A stretch of 64,000 bases of DNA, taken from assembly GCA_963817915.1 (NCBI GenBank), contig CAWFQL010000011.1, positions 32,001-96,000 on the forward strand, written 5' to 3'. The position numbers were made by a program, and so were the translations under genes. The notes under the pieces are model-generated. The model made no database searches and had not been told where the DNA came from. It saw nothing but the letters and a program-made list of their open reading frames with translations. Shown here one piece after another: positions 1-10,583 of the stretch; the first letter of the stretch is position 1, and the number at the start of each line of letters is the position of its first letter. The DNA comes from an uncultured candidate division Zixibacteria bacterium (GTDB taxonomy: Bacteria > Zixibacteria > MSB-5A5 > UBA10806).

Positions 1-419
1 GCTACATCGTGATTACGCTTGTCCTTGTGCTCGGCCTCGCCTGGTTTGGCATTTCGTTCAAGGGTTCTGTGGCGCTGCTTTATCTGCTTTCGGGGGCTTT
101 CATAATAGGTGCGCTGTCAGTGGGTTTGTTGATTTCGACAATATCCCATACCGGCGACCAGGCCATGTGGTTTAATCAAATCTTCTCCATTCCCAATGTT
201 TTACTATCAGGGTTCATGTTTCCAATCAGCAATATGCCGCATCTCATTCAATTATTCACCTATATTCTGCCAATGAGATACTATCTTACAATCATTAGAG
301 GCATTTTTCTGCGGGGAAGCGGCTTCGGTCAATTATGGCAGGAAACACTGATACTGGTGATCTGGGACATCGTAGTTATCTCATTGGCATACCTGAGATT
401 AAAAAAGCAGATTGTATAG
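1..419 (+). CDS. ABC-2 type transporter permease (C-terminal part, 5'-truncated by window)
   Basis: Hydrophobic ORF with LLSGFMFPISNMP..LP..YY motif typical of ABC-2 (YbhR/YbhS-like) permeases. Confidence 0.85.
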   Translation, partial: YIVITLVLVLGLAWFGISFKGSVALLYLLSGAFIIGALSVGLLISTISHTGDQAMWFNQIFSIPNVLLSGFMFPISNMPHLIQLFTYILPMRYYLTIIRGIFLRGSGFGQLWQETLILVIWDIVVISLAYLRLKKQIV

Positions 420-457
420 GGAATATTTATTGAGTATATTCGTATAAATTAATAGAT

Positions 458-721
458 ATGATTGAAGATAATAAAGATAACCCGGGTTCACGGTTTTTAG
501 ACTGGCTCTTATTGCCACTTCAGGCTATATTTTTCATACTCGGTATTGGAATCGTGACTGGCCTGCTTTTTCGTGAAAGCGGCTTTCTTGAGGGTACGAC
601 ACGAGTGGTTATCGGAATGGTTTTTATTATTTATGGCGGCGGACGTGGCTATATGATTTTGAGAAAGCTTCGCATGAATAGCAAAGGGGCAAAAACTGGA
701 GAAAAAAATCTTGACAATTAG
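458..721 (+). CDS. small membrane protein (2 TM), hypothetical
   Basis: 87 aa ORF with two hydrophobic segments and a basic C-terminus. Confidence 0.6.
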   Translation: MIEDNKDNPGSRFLDWLLLPLQAIFFILGIGIVTGLLFRESGFLEGTTRVVIGMVFIIYGGGRGYMILRKLRMNSKGAKTGEKNLDN

Positions 722-738
722 GGCCGAAATCGTATTTT
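711..738 (+). promoter_or_regulatory. sigma70-like promoter for the TPR-exbBD-tonB operon
   Basis: TTGACA (711-716), N16, TATTTT (733-738); GGAGG RBS at 771-775. Confidence 0.45.
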
Positions 739-786
739 TCAGGTCTAATTTGTTTGGGGGTCTTTTTTTATGGAGGTAACCAAAAT

Positions 787-2478
787 TTGAAAAAGCTCAT
801 CTTGACTCTGATTTTAACGTTTGGCGTATCCGCGTTGATACTGGCGGGGCCCGCCGATGACGCCTACAAAAATGCAAAAAACCTGATGGCCAAGGGTGAT
901 TTGCAATCTGCTCTAAAGGCCGCAAATGATGGTTTAGCCATCGATCCAGCCCATTTTGACCTAAATTCGCTGGCTGGCAATATTTATTCCGTTTTAGGTG
1001 ACTATCAGAATTCGCTTAATTCCTACAAAAAAGCTCTTGAAAAGAAGGGAAAGGATGCCGATGCCCTTTTTGGCGCCGGAATGGCCGCTTATAAACTAAA
1101 ATCATACGATGAGGCCATTCAGTATTTCCAGCAAGGCGAGAAAACCGGCAAACTTAAGGGCCAATTTTTCTACGGTCTGGGCCTCGCGCAAACCGAAAAA
1201 GGTGATTTTGCCAACGCCGACCTCAATATCCGCAAGGCAATAGACAAAGATAAGAAAAATCCGCTATACCATCTGGCCTTGGCCGAAACCAATTATAGGA
1301 ATAAAGTATTTTCCATCGCTGCGACTGAATTCAAAAAGGCGATGGAAATCGACAGCACTTTGGACAAGACTCATCAGGATATCCATTATAAATTGGCCCA
1401 ATCTCAGATCAACTTGCGCAATATCCCCGGAGCGATCGACGAATACAAAATTCAGGTCGATCACTTTCCATCCGATTCTACTTCCTGGCTCGAATTGGGA
1501 CGAATCTATGAAATTTCCAATATTCAAGCTGAGGCCGTATTTTGCTATGAAAAATTCCTCGCTTTATCGCCGCTGAACGGTGTTGCCTGGTTCAATCTTG
1601 GCAAACTGTATTTGGCTACCAAGAATCCTGACAAAGCGGCCGCCGCATTCGAAAAAGCTGTTGAATTGAAGTCTCACGAAGCCGAATCTTTCGGAAATCT
1701 GGCGAAAATCTATGCCGATCGCAAAGAATACGAAAAATCAATCGACGCTTACAATCGCTATGAAACGGCATTTGGTTCACCGGACAGTGTCGACTATTGG
1801 ATTGAAAAAGGAAAGGTCGAGCTTAAGCTTGGCGAGAAAAATGCCAACTATTTTGATTCCGCTTTTGTCGCCTTCAATAAATCAATAACTATCGATTCGC
1901 TGTACTCCTCGGCCTATGAATACGCGGGACTAACTCTCTATTATAAAAAGGATTACGTCAAGGCGATCCCGTATTTCCAGAAAAAAGTTTCACTCGATAC
2001 CACTGGCGTTAATTCCTACCGCAATATGGCATTTTGCTATCTTAAAACCGAGCAATACGGCTTGGCGGCAGGATCATTCGAAAAGGCACTGGCCATTAAG
2101 CCCGAAGATGTCACCATGCGGGCGATGACCGCGAAAATATATACTTTCGCCGGCATGTATGGAAAGGCGATCGATCATTTCGAATATATTCTAAATCACA
2201 ACACCCCTGAATTGACTGACTCGCTCAAATGCGAAATTTATCCCGACCTCGGTTCCAGCTACCTCAACCAGAAGAACTGCCAGACGGCATTAACCTATCT
2301 TCTAAAAGCGGAACAATGTAAGCCCAGAGATGTTTCTATTATTACGAATATTGCGGTTTCTTACCAGATGTGCAACAAAGTAAAAGATTCCAATGTCTAT
2401 TACAAAAAATGTTTGGCGATTGACCCCAATAATAAAGTCTGCAAACGTGGCGATTTGGAAACTACGATCCAGAAATAA
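787..2478 (+). CDS. secreted multi-TPR repeat protein
   Basis: TTG start after GGAGG, signal peptide, many TPR-like repeats (A..Y.KAL...P, LG..Y). Confidence 0.85.
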   Translation: MKKLILTLILTFGVSALILAGPADDAYKNAKNLMAKGDLQSALKAANDGLAIDPAHFDLNSLAGNIYSVLGDYQNSLNSYKKALEKKGKDADALFGAGMAAYKLKSYDEAIQYFQQGEKTGKLKGQFFYGLGLAQTEKGDFANADLNIRKAIDKDKKNPLYHLALAETNYRNKVFSIAATEFKKAMEIDSTLDKTHQDIHYKLAQSQINLRNIPGAIDEYKIQVDHFPSDSTSWLELGRIYEISNIQAEAVFCYEKFLALSPLNGVAWFNLGKLYLATKNPDKAAAAFEKAVELKSHEAESFGNLAKIYADRKEYEKSIDAYNRYETAFGSPDSVDYWIEKGKVELKLGEKNANYFDSAFVAFNKSITIDSLYSSAYEYAGLTLYYKKDYVKAIPYFQKKVSLDTTGVNSYRNMAFCYLKTEQYGLAAGSFEKALAIKPEDVTMRAMTAKIYTFAGMYGKAIDHFEYILNHNTPELTDSLKCEIYPDLGSSYLNQKNCQTALTYLLKAEQCKPRDVSIITNIAVSYQMCNKVKDSNVYYKKCLAIDPNNKVCKRGDLETTIQK

Positions 2479-2489
2479 GTACGGAGGAT

Positions 2490-3191
2490 TTGATGGCGAA
2501 GGAAATTAAGGGACCCGATCCCGATGGGATTTATAAATATTTGGGTTTCGATGTACATCCTGGTAAAATAGAAGAATTTTGGAAATCCGAAGAAGAAAAG
2601 AAGCTCTACCTGCAGGATGTTAAGGCGCGTGGCGGTCAGTTGTTCGTGCTCGACCGCGATTCCGCCCTTCTAAATGTTAAATTAATGAGGCCCGCGGATA
2701 AAATCATTTCTCTTATTGGCTCGATTCTGCTGATAGTTTCCTTTTTTCTTCCTCTATATTCTTTTGATTATTTCGGAAAGACAGTTTCCGGAAACGCCAT
2801 TTCCTTCTTCCTAAATTTGCCATTTATTGGCGGATACGCTTCATGGAGCGGTATCGTAATGGGGATTACAATGCTTTTGGTAGCGCTATTCGTACTGGCT
2901 TGCCCCGTAGCCGGCGTGATAAATATACTCGGCCTTTACAATAAGAATAAGGGCGACCAATATTTCGAAACTGTGAAGAAAAACGGCAAGATTATTTTTA
3001 TCCCGATTTTCATTTTTGTAGCATTATTCGTAGTACTGGTGGTCGGCGCCGCTCAGCCATTTGGCTCGCTCGGATTAAACGCACTTGGAGAAGACTTGGG
3101 CGTTGGCGCCATCTTTCAGCTTACCGGTTTCGGTTTCTGGCTTTTGATCGCCGGACTGATAATCGGATTTGCCCAGAATCGCGGGCTCTAA
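2490..3191 (+). CDS. hypothetical membrane protein (about 4 TM, soluble N-terminus)
   Basis: 233 aa ORF with GGAGG RBS, lying between the TPR gene and exbB. Confidence 0.7.
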   Translation: MMAKEIKGPDPDGIYKYLGFDVHPGKIEEFWKSEEEKKLYLQDVKARGGQLFVLDRDSALLNVKLMRPADKIISLIGSILLIVSFFLPLYSFDYFGKTVSGNAISFFLNLPFIGGYASWSGIVMGITMLLVALFVLACPVAGVINILGLYNKNKGDQYFETVKKNGKIIFIPIFIFVALFVVLVVGAAQPFGSLGLNALGEDLGVGAIFQLTGFGFWLLIAGLIIGFAQNRGL

Positions 3192-3281
3192 AGGCCTGAG
3201 TGTCGAAGTCATTAGTGGAAATATCATGATGATATTTGGTGAATAAAAAATAAATCAAATTTAGGTAAGGAGGCAAGTAAC

Positions 3282-4042
3282 TTGCGTCAGGTAATTTTCG
3301 TAACAATCCTATTTATCGTATCCTTCGCGGTCGGCGCCATTATTTGGGGAGGCATCTTCGCCAGCGCGGCAAGGAAGGCTCATTGATGCTGACTATGTAC
3401 AAGGGCGGACCGCTGGTAGTGGCGTTGATTGCCCTGTTGATTATGCTTTTTGGATTCATCATCGAAAGATTCATTACATTGTATAAGGTCGCGGCCGGAA
3501 AATCATCCGTACAGTCTTTCTTTAAGAGAGTCATTTCCGGTATCCAATCCGACGATTTCGAAGGCGCTATCGCCGCTTGCGATAAGCAAAAAGGCACGGT
3601 CGCCAATATTCTCAGAGCCGGTATCGAACGATACAACATCGTCAAGAAAGACTCTTCCATGAATGGCGAGAAGCGCATCTCCGAAACCCAGAGAGCTATC
3701 GAAGAAGCCAATGCTCTCGAAGTCCCGCTATTGGAAAGAAACTTAATCGCCCTTTCGACCATCGCGTCTATCGCCACCATGGTCGGATTATTGGGAACCA
3801 CGATCGGTATGATTAGAGCCTTCGCGGCTACCGGTAAGAAGACAGGCGGCGTCATCAACGCCGAAGCGCTGGCAACCGGTATTTCCGAGGCATTGGTCAA
3901 TACCGCCGGCGGCCTTCTCAACGCTATCATCGGTATCGTTTTTTACAACTTTTTCGTGAACAAAGTCGATGCTTTCAACTATACAATAGATGAAGCCTCC
4001 TATGAGGTGATGCAGCTTTTGAAGGGCAAAGAAGGTAAGTAA
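3282..4042 (+). CDS. exbB: MotA/TolQ/ExbB proton channel protein (apparent frameshift near 3370)
   Basis: GLLGTTIGMIRAF and GISEALVNTAGGL motifs; a TTG start at 3282 after AGGAGG encodes an N-terminal TM segment in another frame. Confidence 0.9.
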
Positions 4043-4044
4043 AA

Positions 4045-4578
4045 ATGGCGAAGAAACACAAAAGGAGAATCGGAATTGCGATTGATATGACCCCGATGGT
4101 CGATATCGCGTTCCTCCTTTTGATCTTCTATATGACTACAACCCAGTTCAAACCGCCGGAGAAACAGCAGGTTACTCTGCCGCAGTCGGCTTCGCAATAT
4201 CAGGTGCCTATGTCGGATATCATCAATATTACGGTCAACAAAACCGACGATATATTCCTCGAATACATCGCCAACCTGGTTGTTGACAGGGATACGATGG
4301 TTAACGGCAGCATGATGAAGCCTGGCGACACTACAACTGTCAGGGAATATGTCCAGGTGCAAGCTTCTACTATTAATGAAGAATTTCTTAAGGTACAGGC
4401 CAAGTTTCTCGCAAAAAGGGTTAACCCGATGGTTATCGTCAAGGCCGATAGAGGTTGCCGATATGGGACAGTCAAGAAGATCATGGATACTCTCCAGGAA
4501 ATTAATATTAACCGCTTCTCCCTTATGACCGAAATAAGGGGTAAAGAAGAGCAACCCGCCGCTCCACCGGCCGGTTAA
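4045..4578 (+). CDS. exbD: ExbD/TolR biopolymer transport protein
   Basis: IDMTPMVDIAFLLLIFYM and KAD....YG.V..IMD motifs. Confidence 0.92.
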   Translation: MAKKHKRRIGIAIDMTPMVDIAFLLLIFYMTTTQFKPPEKQQVTLPQSASQYQVPMSDIINITVNKTDDIFLEYIANLVVDRDTMVNGSMMKPGDTTTVREYVQVQASTINEEFLKVQAKFLAKRVNPMVIVKADRGCRYGTVKKIMDTLQEININRFSLMTEIRGKEEQPAAPPAG

Positions 4579-4594
4579 GAGATGAGGTGATTTT

Positions 4595-5180
4595 ATGGCC
4601 GGAGTAGATTTAGGGGCCGGAAGGCCCAAAAAACAAAAAGGCGGCGGGCTTACGAAGACCCAAACGACGTCTTGGTATCCGCATCGATATGACCCCGATG
4701 GTCGATATCGCGTTCTTATTGCTCATCTTCTACATGGTGACAACGGTATTTTCAACACCTCTATCAATGGAAATCTCGTTGCCACCAAAATCTGAATTAA
4801 GCACTGATCCTACAAATATCACAGCTTCGGGCTTCTTATGATGTTTGTCGATAAAAATGATTCCACATACTTCCAGATTGGCGAAGATATGAAGCAGCCG
4901 AAAATGGTAAGTTATGCGGAACTTCAAAAAATCATCGATGAGAAAAACCGTACATGTTCCGAAGCTGGTCATGCTTCTCAAGCTCGACACCAAGGCCTCG
5001 TATAGAATGATGGTCAATATTATTGATGATATTCAATCCGCGGAGAGGATGTTGAATGCCGGGATTAAAAAAATGTATCCCGATTCTTCCTTCTCTGCCA
5101 GATTCAGTCTCCAGGATTTTACAGCCTGGGATGAACAAGTGCTTGCGACCGTCGCGGCAGGAGGGACGGTGGAACAATGA
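4595..5180 (+). CDS. exbD: second ExbD/TolR protein (apparent frameshifts)
   Basis: DNA at about 4684-4737 encodes IDMTPMVDIAFLLLIFYM; C-terminal KLDTKASYRMMVNIIDD lies in ORF 4914-5180. Confidence 0.85.
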
Positions 5181-5899
5181 GTAGTAGATCGCTCCTTGCA
5201 GGTTCCTATGAGCTAAAAAGAACCTACCAGAAAAATATGGCGCTGGGATTTGGCATATCGGCGGGCGCACATTTATTCGTAGTGCTCGCGGTCGTAATTG
5301 CAATTAATATCGGTTCCAGTAAACCAATTGCAACCGCTGAGTATACGATTAAGACCAAAGCCGATCTTATCGTGCCGCCATCGCTTTCTCAGCAACAGGA
5401 ACAGATCAAGCTTAAAATACAGGAACGTCAGGTAAAACCAACTGTCGGCGTTTTGAAGCCGGTTCCTGATGAGGAGGCCCCTGAAGAAGTCAATGTTGCC
5501 ACGCAGCAGGATTTGGCTGATATGGCTCCAGTTGCTCCCATTCAGGATTTGGGCGACAATATCAACGTCGACGTAAATAAGGTCATGGATGAATTGCTTC
5601 CGGCTCCCGACCAGTTTGTGCCATTCCAGGAAGCTCCTGTGCAGGTAAAAACTGTTCAGCCTCTATACCCTCCGCTGGCTCAACGAGCCGGAGTCGAGGG
5701 TGCTGTCTGGGTAAAGGCGCTGGTTGATAAGGAAGGCAACGTTCGCGATGTCATTATCGTCAAGCCCTCTGGCGCGAATGCCGGATTCGAGGAAGCCGCT
5801 ATCGATGCCGCCAAACAGACTGTCTGGAAACCTGCAATTTCCAATGGTCAGCCGGTCGCAGTCTGGGTAACATACAAAGTCGACTTCAAATTGAAGTAA
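5177..5899 (+). CDS. tonB: energy transducer TonB
   Basis: N-terminal TM with His, Pro-rich linker, TonB_C YPPLAQRAGVEGAVWVKALVD..G. Confidence 0.92.
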   Translation: MSSRSLLAGSYELKRTYQKNMALGFGISAGAHLFVVLAVVIAINIGSSKPIATAEYTIKTKADLIVPPSLSQQQEQIKLKIQERQVKPTVGVLKPVPDEEAPEEVNVATQQDLADMAPVAPIQDLGDNINVDVNKVMDELLPAPDQFVPFQEAPVQVKTVQPLYPPLAQRAGVEGAVWVKALVDKEGNVRDVIIVKPSGANAGFEEAAIDAAKQTVWKPAISNGQPVAVWVTYKVDFKLK

Positions 5900-5923
5900 C
5901 CGCTTTACAGCTTTCTGTCTTTG

Positions 5924-5959
5924 ATAAGCCTTATGGAATGTCCATAAGGCTTATTTTTT
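5924..5959 (+). terminator. rho-independent terminator
   Basis: ATAAGCCTTATGGA / TCCATAAGGCTTAT hairpin followed by a T-run. Confidence 0.85.
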
Positions 5960-5984
5960 GACGCTCCCGCAGACTCAGCCCTGC

Positions 5985-6475
5985 CTGTCATTCCGGCCCC
6001 CGAGCCGGAATCCAGAACTCGTTGTTAACGGCGAAGTCGGGAATCATTTCCCGACCCGACCTAATAATTATCTGTGAGCTCTGGTGGCTTCACCCGACCG
6101 ATTAATAAAATTATAGGGGTTTGATTTATCAAACCCACCCGCAAAAGAACAATTATTCCTGTAGGGGCACAACATGTTGTGCCCTCCTTTCCCCGCCCCG
6201 TAAGGAATCCCTTTCTGACGGCATTACGCCGATTTCCTGGTGGTGTCGGGTCTCCGCACCCGACACCCAATCATTTCCTGCGAGTCATGGCTTGCCATGA
6301 CCGCATCCTGCTTTTCCCTGCGTGTCGAAGTTTACTTCGACCGCAAATTTAATGGCCCCGTGTTTATGGACGTCAGTCCTCCCGCCTGCCCCCACCTGGT
6401 GAAATTTTCCTGCGAGTCATGGCTTGCCGTGACCGCATTCTTAAGAGCGGCTTCAGGAATCCTTTCCTGACGCTT
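5985..6475. repeat. mosaic cluster of REP-like palindromes
   Basis: TGTCATTCCGGC..GCCGGAATCC, AGGGGTTTGATTTATCAAACCC, GTAGGGGCACAACATGTTGTGCCC, GTCGGGTCTCCGCACCCGAC, two CCTGCGAGTCATGGCTTGCC(A/G)TGACCGCA, GTCGAAGTTTACTTCGAC, TCAGGAATCCTTTCCTGA. Confidence 0.85.
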
Positions 6476-6560
6476 ACTAAATATATAAACATGGAATAAT
6501 TCCAATTCCAAAACGTATCCCATATAGAAAATTGAGAAATGAAATCAAAGGAGGCGATTT

Positions 6561-7283
6561 ATGGAAAGCAATGTAATCACCCTAAGCTCAACTGCCCTAA
6601 AGCAGTCATACCAAAAAAATATGACTATCGGCTTTGGGATTTCAGCCGGGCTTCATTTAATGGCAGTACTTATCGTTTACGCAATAATTACGGGTAATTA
6701 TCAAGAACCGATTCTTATCCAGCCGAAAACGATTGATAAACCCACGGGAATAATCATGCCTCCGTCATTATCCCAGCAGAAGGAGCAAATAAAACTCAAG
6801 ATTCAAGAACACAAAATCAAACCTTCAGTCGGCATCCTCGTTCCAGTTCCTGAAGAGGAAGCCCCGGAAGAAACTAATGTTGCTACTCAGGAGGAATTGG
6901 CCAATATGGCTCCCGAGACTCCCGCAATTGATCCCGGCGCTGGCATTTCCATCGATGTCAATAAGGTCCTGAACGAAATCCTTCCAAAACAAGATACAAT
7001 CATTCGATTTGATATACCCCCTGCCAAAGTCAGAGATGTCATGCCGATATATCCGTCCTTAGCAGCTAGAGCCGGAGTCGAGGGCGATGTTTGGATAAAG
7101 GTACTTATTGATAAGGAAGGTTCAGTAAGAGATGCTGTAGTCTACAAGCCCTCAAGTGTAAATGCCGGTTTTGAGGAATCCGCCATCGATGCCGCCAAAC
7201 AGACTATCTGGAGCCCGGCCATTGCCAATGGTCATCCCATTGCTGTCTGGGTTACCTATCGCATCGTATTCAAATTGAAATAA
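6561..7283 (+). CDS. tonB: energy transducer TonB, paralogue 2
   Basis: 240 aa, colinear with and very similar to 5177-5899; GGAGG RBS. Confidence 0.92.
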   Translation: MESNVITLSSTALKQSYQKNMTIGFGISAGLHLMAVLIVYAIITGNYQEPILIQPKTIDKPTGIIMPPSLSQQKEQIKLKIQEHKIKPSVGILVPVPEEEAPEETNVATQEELANMAPETPAIDPGAGISIDVNKVLNEILPKQDTIIRFDIPPAKVRDVMPIYPSLAARAGVEGDVWIKVLIDKEGSVRDAVVYKPSSVNAGFEESAIDAAKQTIWSPAIANGHPIAVWVTYRIVFKLK

Positions 7284-7297
7284 TTGAAATAATTATG

Positions 7298-7630
7298 TGC
7301 GTCAGGATGGAATAAAATGACATCCTGACGCTTAATAATAATCTGTAGGGGTTTGATTTATCAAACCCATTATCCCATGTCGTCGTGTCGCCTGACCCGA
7401 CGACAACATTCCTGCGAGTCATGGCTTGCCATGACCGCATCCTTAAATGAGCTGCCAGAAATCCCTTTCAGCCGCAAACTTATTGTCTTGCATGTCGAAG
7501 TTTACTTCGACCGCAAAATAGCCTCGGAAGCAAAGTTTTTCTCGCACCGTCAAGAACCCTTTCTTGACAGCTTTATCTCCAAACCCGCAGAGTCATCCTC
7601 GTGGTGTCGGGTCTCCGCACCCGACCCCCA
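7298..7630. repeat. mosaic cluster of REP-like palindromes
   Basis: Several of the same palindrome families as 5985-6475, in partly different order. Confidence 0.85.
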
Positions 7631-7749
7631 AATAATTCCCGCCCTGTCACGAATTCATTCCTAATAGCCATATCTCCAAGCCCCAATCTCAAATCCGTCA
7701 GCGTCATTTTTTTCTTGCCTTAATAATCGTCAAGAGCTAACATCATTAT

Positions 7750-8385
7750 ATGAAAATTAGATATACTATACCAATTTTCATGGTCGGATTTTTAATGCTT
7801 TCCCCGGCGCTGCTTTCCGCCGGAAAAGGCTTCTATTTTCGAGGCGGGATTCTTATGGATTCTCCGATTGATAAACCATTTAGGAATATGGAATCCGGCG
7901 TTGGATATATTGGAAGCATTGGATATGATTTTTTCGACCGCGCCGGATTGGAAATAGGCGTACTGCATTCTACTCACACTTATGACATTGGCACACTTGG
8001 CAACGCCATATATCAGGATCAAGCTGAGAAAAATAATGTCTTTCTCAGGGTACAAGCAATCGCATTTAAATATCGACGGTTCGAATTGGCAGCGGGCGCT
8101 GGGATTGGATTTTATGACATTACCGGAAACATTCTTCTTCCCGGCGATTCTTCGATTAATGACGCCTTTTCCGAAGGATTCTCCGGATGGGGATATATGT
8201 TAAATATCGATTTTCGCTATTATATCACCGAGGACTTGGCTGTGACTTTTTACATGTCGGGTAATTTTGTTGGCTACTCAATACCTAATCTGGCAAGGGA
8301 TAGTCAATCGTTCTCGAGCGGAAAACCCGGCGGCAATTCTATAAGTCCTGGCATCACTTTTTTCTACAGGGTCGGCTTTCCCTGA
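7750..8385 (+). CDS. outer-membrane beta-barrel protein
   Basis: Signal peptide, amphipathic beta strands, aromatic-rich C-terminus (GITFFYRVGFP). Confidence 0.7.
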   Translation: MKIRYTIPIFMVGFLMLSPALLSAGKGFYFRGGILMDSPIDKPFRNMESGVGYIGSIGYDFFDRAGLEIGVLHSTHTYDIGTLGNAIYQDQAEKNNVFLRVQAIAFKYRRFELAAGAGIGFYDITGNILLPGDSSINDAFSEGFSGWGYMLNIDFRYYITEDLAVTFYMSGNFVGYSIPNLARDSQSFSSGKPGGNSISPGITFFYRVGFP

Positions 8386-8483
8386 TTTTTATTTGAATAA
8401 TTCTGTTTCCCGGCGGTATATAAAGATTAGATTGTGAAACATTTCGTATGAATTTACGTTAATAAAATGTATTTAAAGGGGTC

Positions 8484-9238
8484 ATGATGGAAGAAATGAG
8501 AGAGAATACCGGTGGAATTTCAACAACGCAATCAGTCGCCATCGATGTACCAGTAAAAAAGAATTTTTTTCGCGATTTTTTCGGGATTATCACCGATCCT
8601 CAAAAGGCTTATGAAAACATTATTAAGGCCAATTATTGGGTCGTTGTATTTTCGTAGTCAGTAATTCTCGGAAGCGTCCTGTCACCCAATTATATGTTCA
8701 ACAATTTTCCGATTATACTATCAAAAGCCTTCAGGAAAAAGTTGATCAGGGCGGCAGCGCCGAGGGAATGCAAAAGGCCATTGAAATGTACCAAAATTCG
8801 GCTATCTCTCGCGTTTTCCTGACAGGTGGGACAATATTCGGCATGGGCATCTGGCTGTTGGTGGTAACTCTCCTGTACTTCTTCGTCTCATCAATTATTT
8901 TTGGAGGTACCGCAAAATTTGGCGGCGTATGGATGATCACGTGCTGGGCGGCGGTCATTTCATTTATCGGCGTAATTGTTAAAGCCATCCTGATGATTAT
9001 TAAAAATGATTTTACCGCCGGAATCAATCTTGGTCTAATATTATCAGAAGATATCGCCGGAGCCAAATTGCATAAGGCATTTGCGACAGTGGATATCTTT
9101 GGAATATGGCATTTTATAGTCATCGGCATCGGCCTTGCAATTCTCTATAAATTCACGACCAAAAAGGGAATCACGATTTCATTCATTATTTGGTTGTTAT
9201 TACAATAATTGGTCGGGACAGTTGCATATGTTTCATAG
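8484..9238 (+). CDS. Yip1-family membrane protein (apparent indels near 8640 and 9205)
   Basis: N-terminal FFGIITDPQKAYE, multi-TM body and DIFGIW motif; directly upstream of tolC. Confidence 0.75.
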
Positions 9239-9262
9239 CATTGATAAATTAGGAGTATGTGC

Positions 9263-10571
9263 ATGAAAAAATTCAAATCCCTCTTTATTCTGGAGCATGG
9301 CTTTTGTCTTTTTATTGACGGTATTCATTAATACTGTTCAGGCCGAAGTCCTGACTCTCGACAAATGTATCGAAATAGGTCTTAAAAATAATTACAGCGT
9401 TATCGCCGCGAAAAACAGCTACTCTGTTTCCGGCACACAGGTATATTCCGCCTGGAGCACAATTCTGCCATCGTTGTCAATCACAACTTCTACAAACCAG
9501 AATTGGCCCGTCGTGACCCGTCAAGACTTGGCAGGCAGGCTGACTTCTAATAAAATTGACTATTCTGGCAGGATTTCCCTTTCGCAATCCTACGGGGGAC
9601 TTGGCTTGGCCACTTATGCCAGCATCAAGCAGGCCACTCATGAAAAAGGATCATTCTACTACGCTTTGGCTGGTGCGAAATCAAATATAGTCTTGAGCAT
9701 CAAACAAAATTTCTACGGCGTACTCAAAGCCAAAATGCTTATGGATGTTGCCACGGAAGCTGTCAAAAGGGGAGAAGAAGGATTACGTGTCGCCCAAAGC
9801 CGCTATGACCTCGGATCAGCCTCTATGTCCGATGTCCTCAAGGCGAAAGTCCAATTTGGTAATGACAAACTTGATCTGGTAACTCAAACTAATGCTTACA
9901 AAATTGCCATGTCTAATCTGGCATATGCCATGGGAGTCAATGTCAATCAGGAGTATGAAGTTAACGAAAATCTTCCCGAAGTAGGCTTTGAATTGAATTT
10001 TGACAAGGCTCTAAACGAAGCTTTAAATTCCAATCCAGAATATCGCAAGGCACAATTCGATCTCTATACAGCGCGGGATAAGCAATTGATATCGTATAGC
10101 TATTTTATCCCGAGCCTTTCTTTCAGCGTCTCTCATACTTCATCAGCTGGCTATTTGAAAGATTTTACGGGTTTTCACGGATACAATGCTAATCGATCCA
10201 TCGGAGCCAGCCTTGATTTTAATATTTTTAATAACCTCGGCGATTATGTAAGATTAAAATCTGCCCGTAAAGCAGTTTCAACTCAGAGCGAAAATCTTGC
10301 AAACTCTAAAAATTTGGTGGCATTGAATGTTAGGCAGGCCTTCCTGGATATCGAATTGGCGCAGGAATCAAAAAAACTGGCGACCGAATCTGTTGCTTCC
10401 GCACAAGAGGACCTGGATTTGGTGAGAGAAAAATATAATCTGGGTGCGGCCACTATCCTCGACGTACTTACCTCTGAAGTATCCCTTAAGCAGGCTCAAA
10501 TTAATCAGGTACAGGCTCTCTTCGATTACAACATGGCCATAGCGCGCCTCGAGCAAGCTCTGGGTAGATAG
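9263..10571 (+). CDS. tolC: TolC-family outer membrane efflux protein (5' end apparently frameshifted; intact frame from 9297)
   Basis: Two OEP repeats (RYDLGSASMSDVL, KYNLGAATILDVL). Confidence 0.9.
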
Positions 10572-10583
10572 GGAAAGGTCAAT

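Noticed and set aside
6061..7664. Short ORFs at 6061-6523 and 7353-7664 sharing SCESWLAMTAS / VEVYFDRK peptides
   Set aside because: The shared peptides are translations of the REP palindromes.
9200..9238. Stop-codon readthrough or recoding at the in-frame TAA in yip1
   Set aside because: All three stops end ordinary genes in this window, so a local sequencing error or true short C-terminus is simpler.
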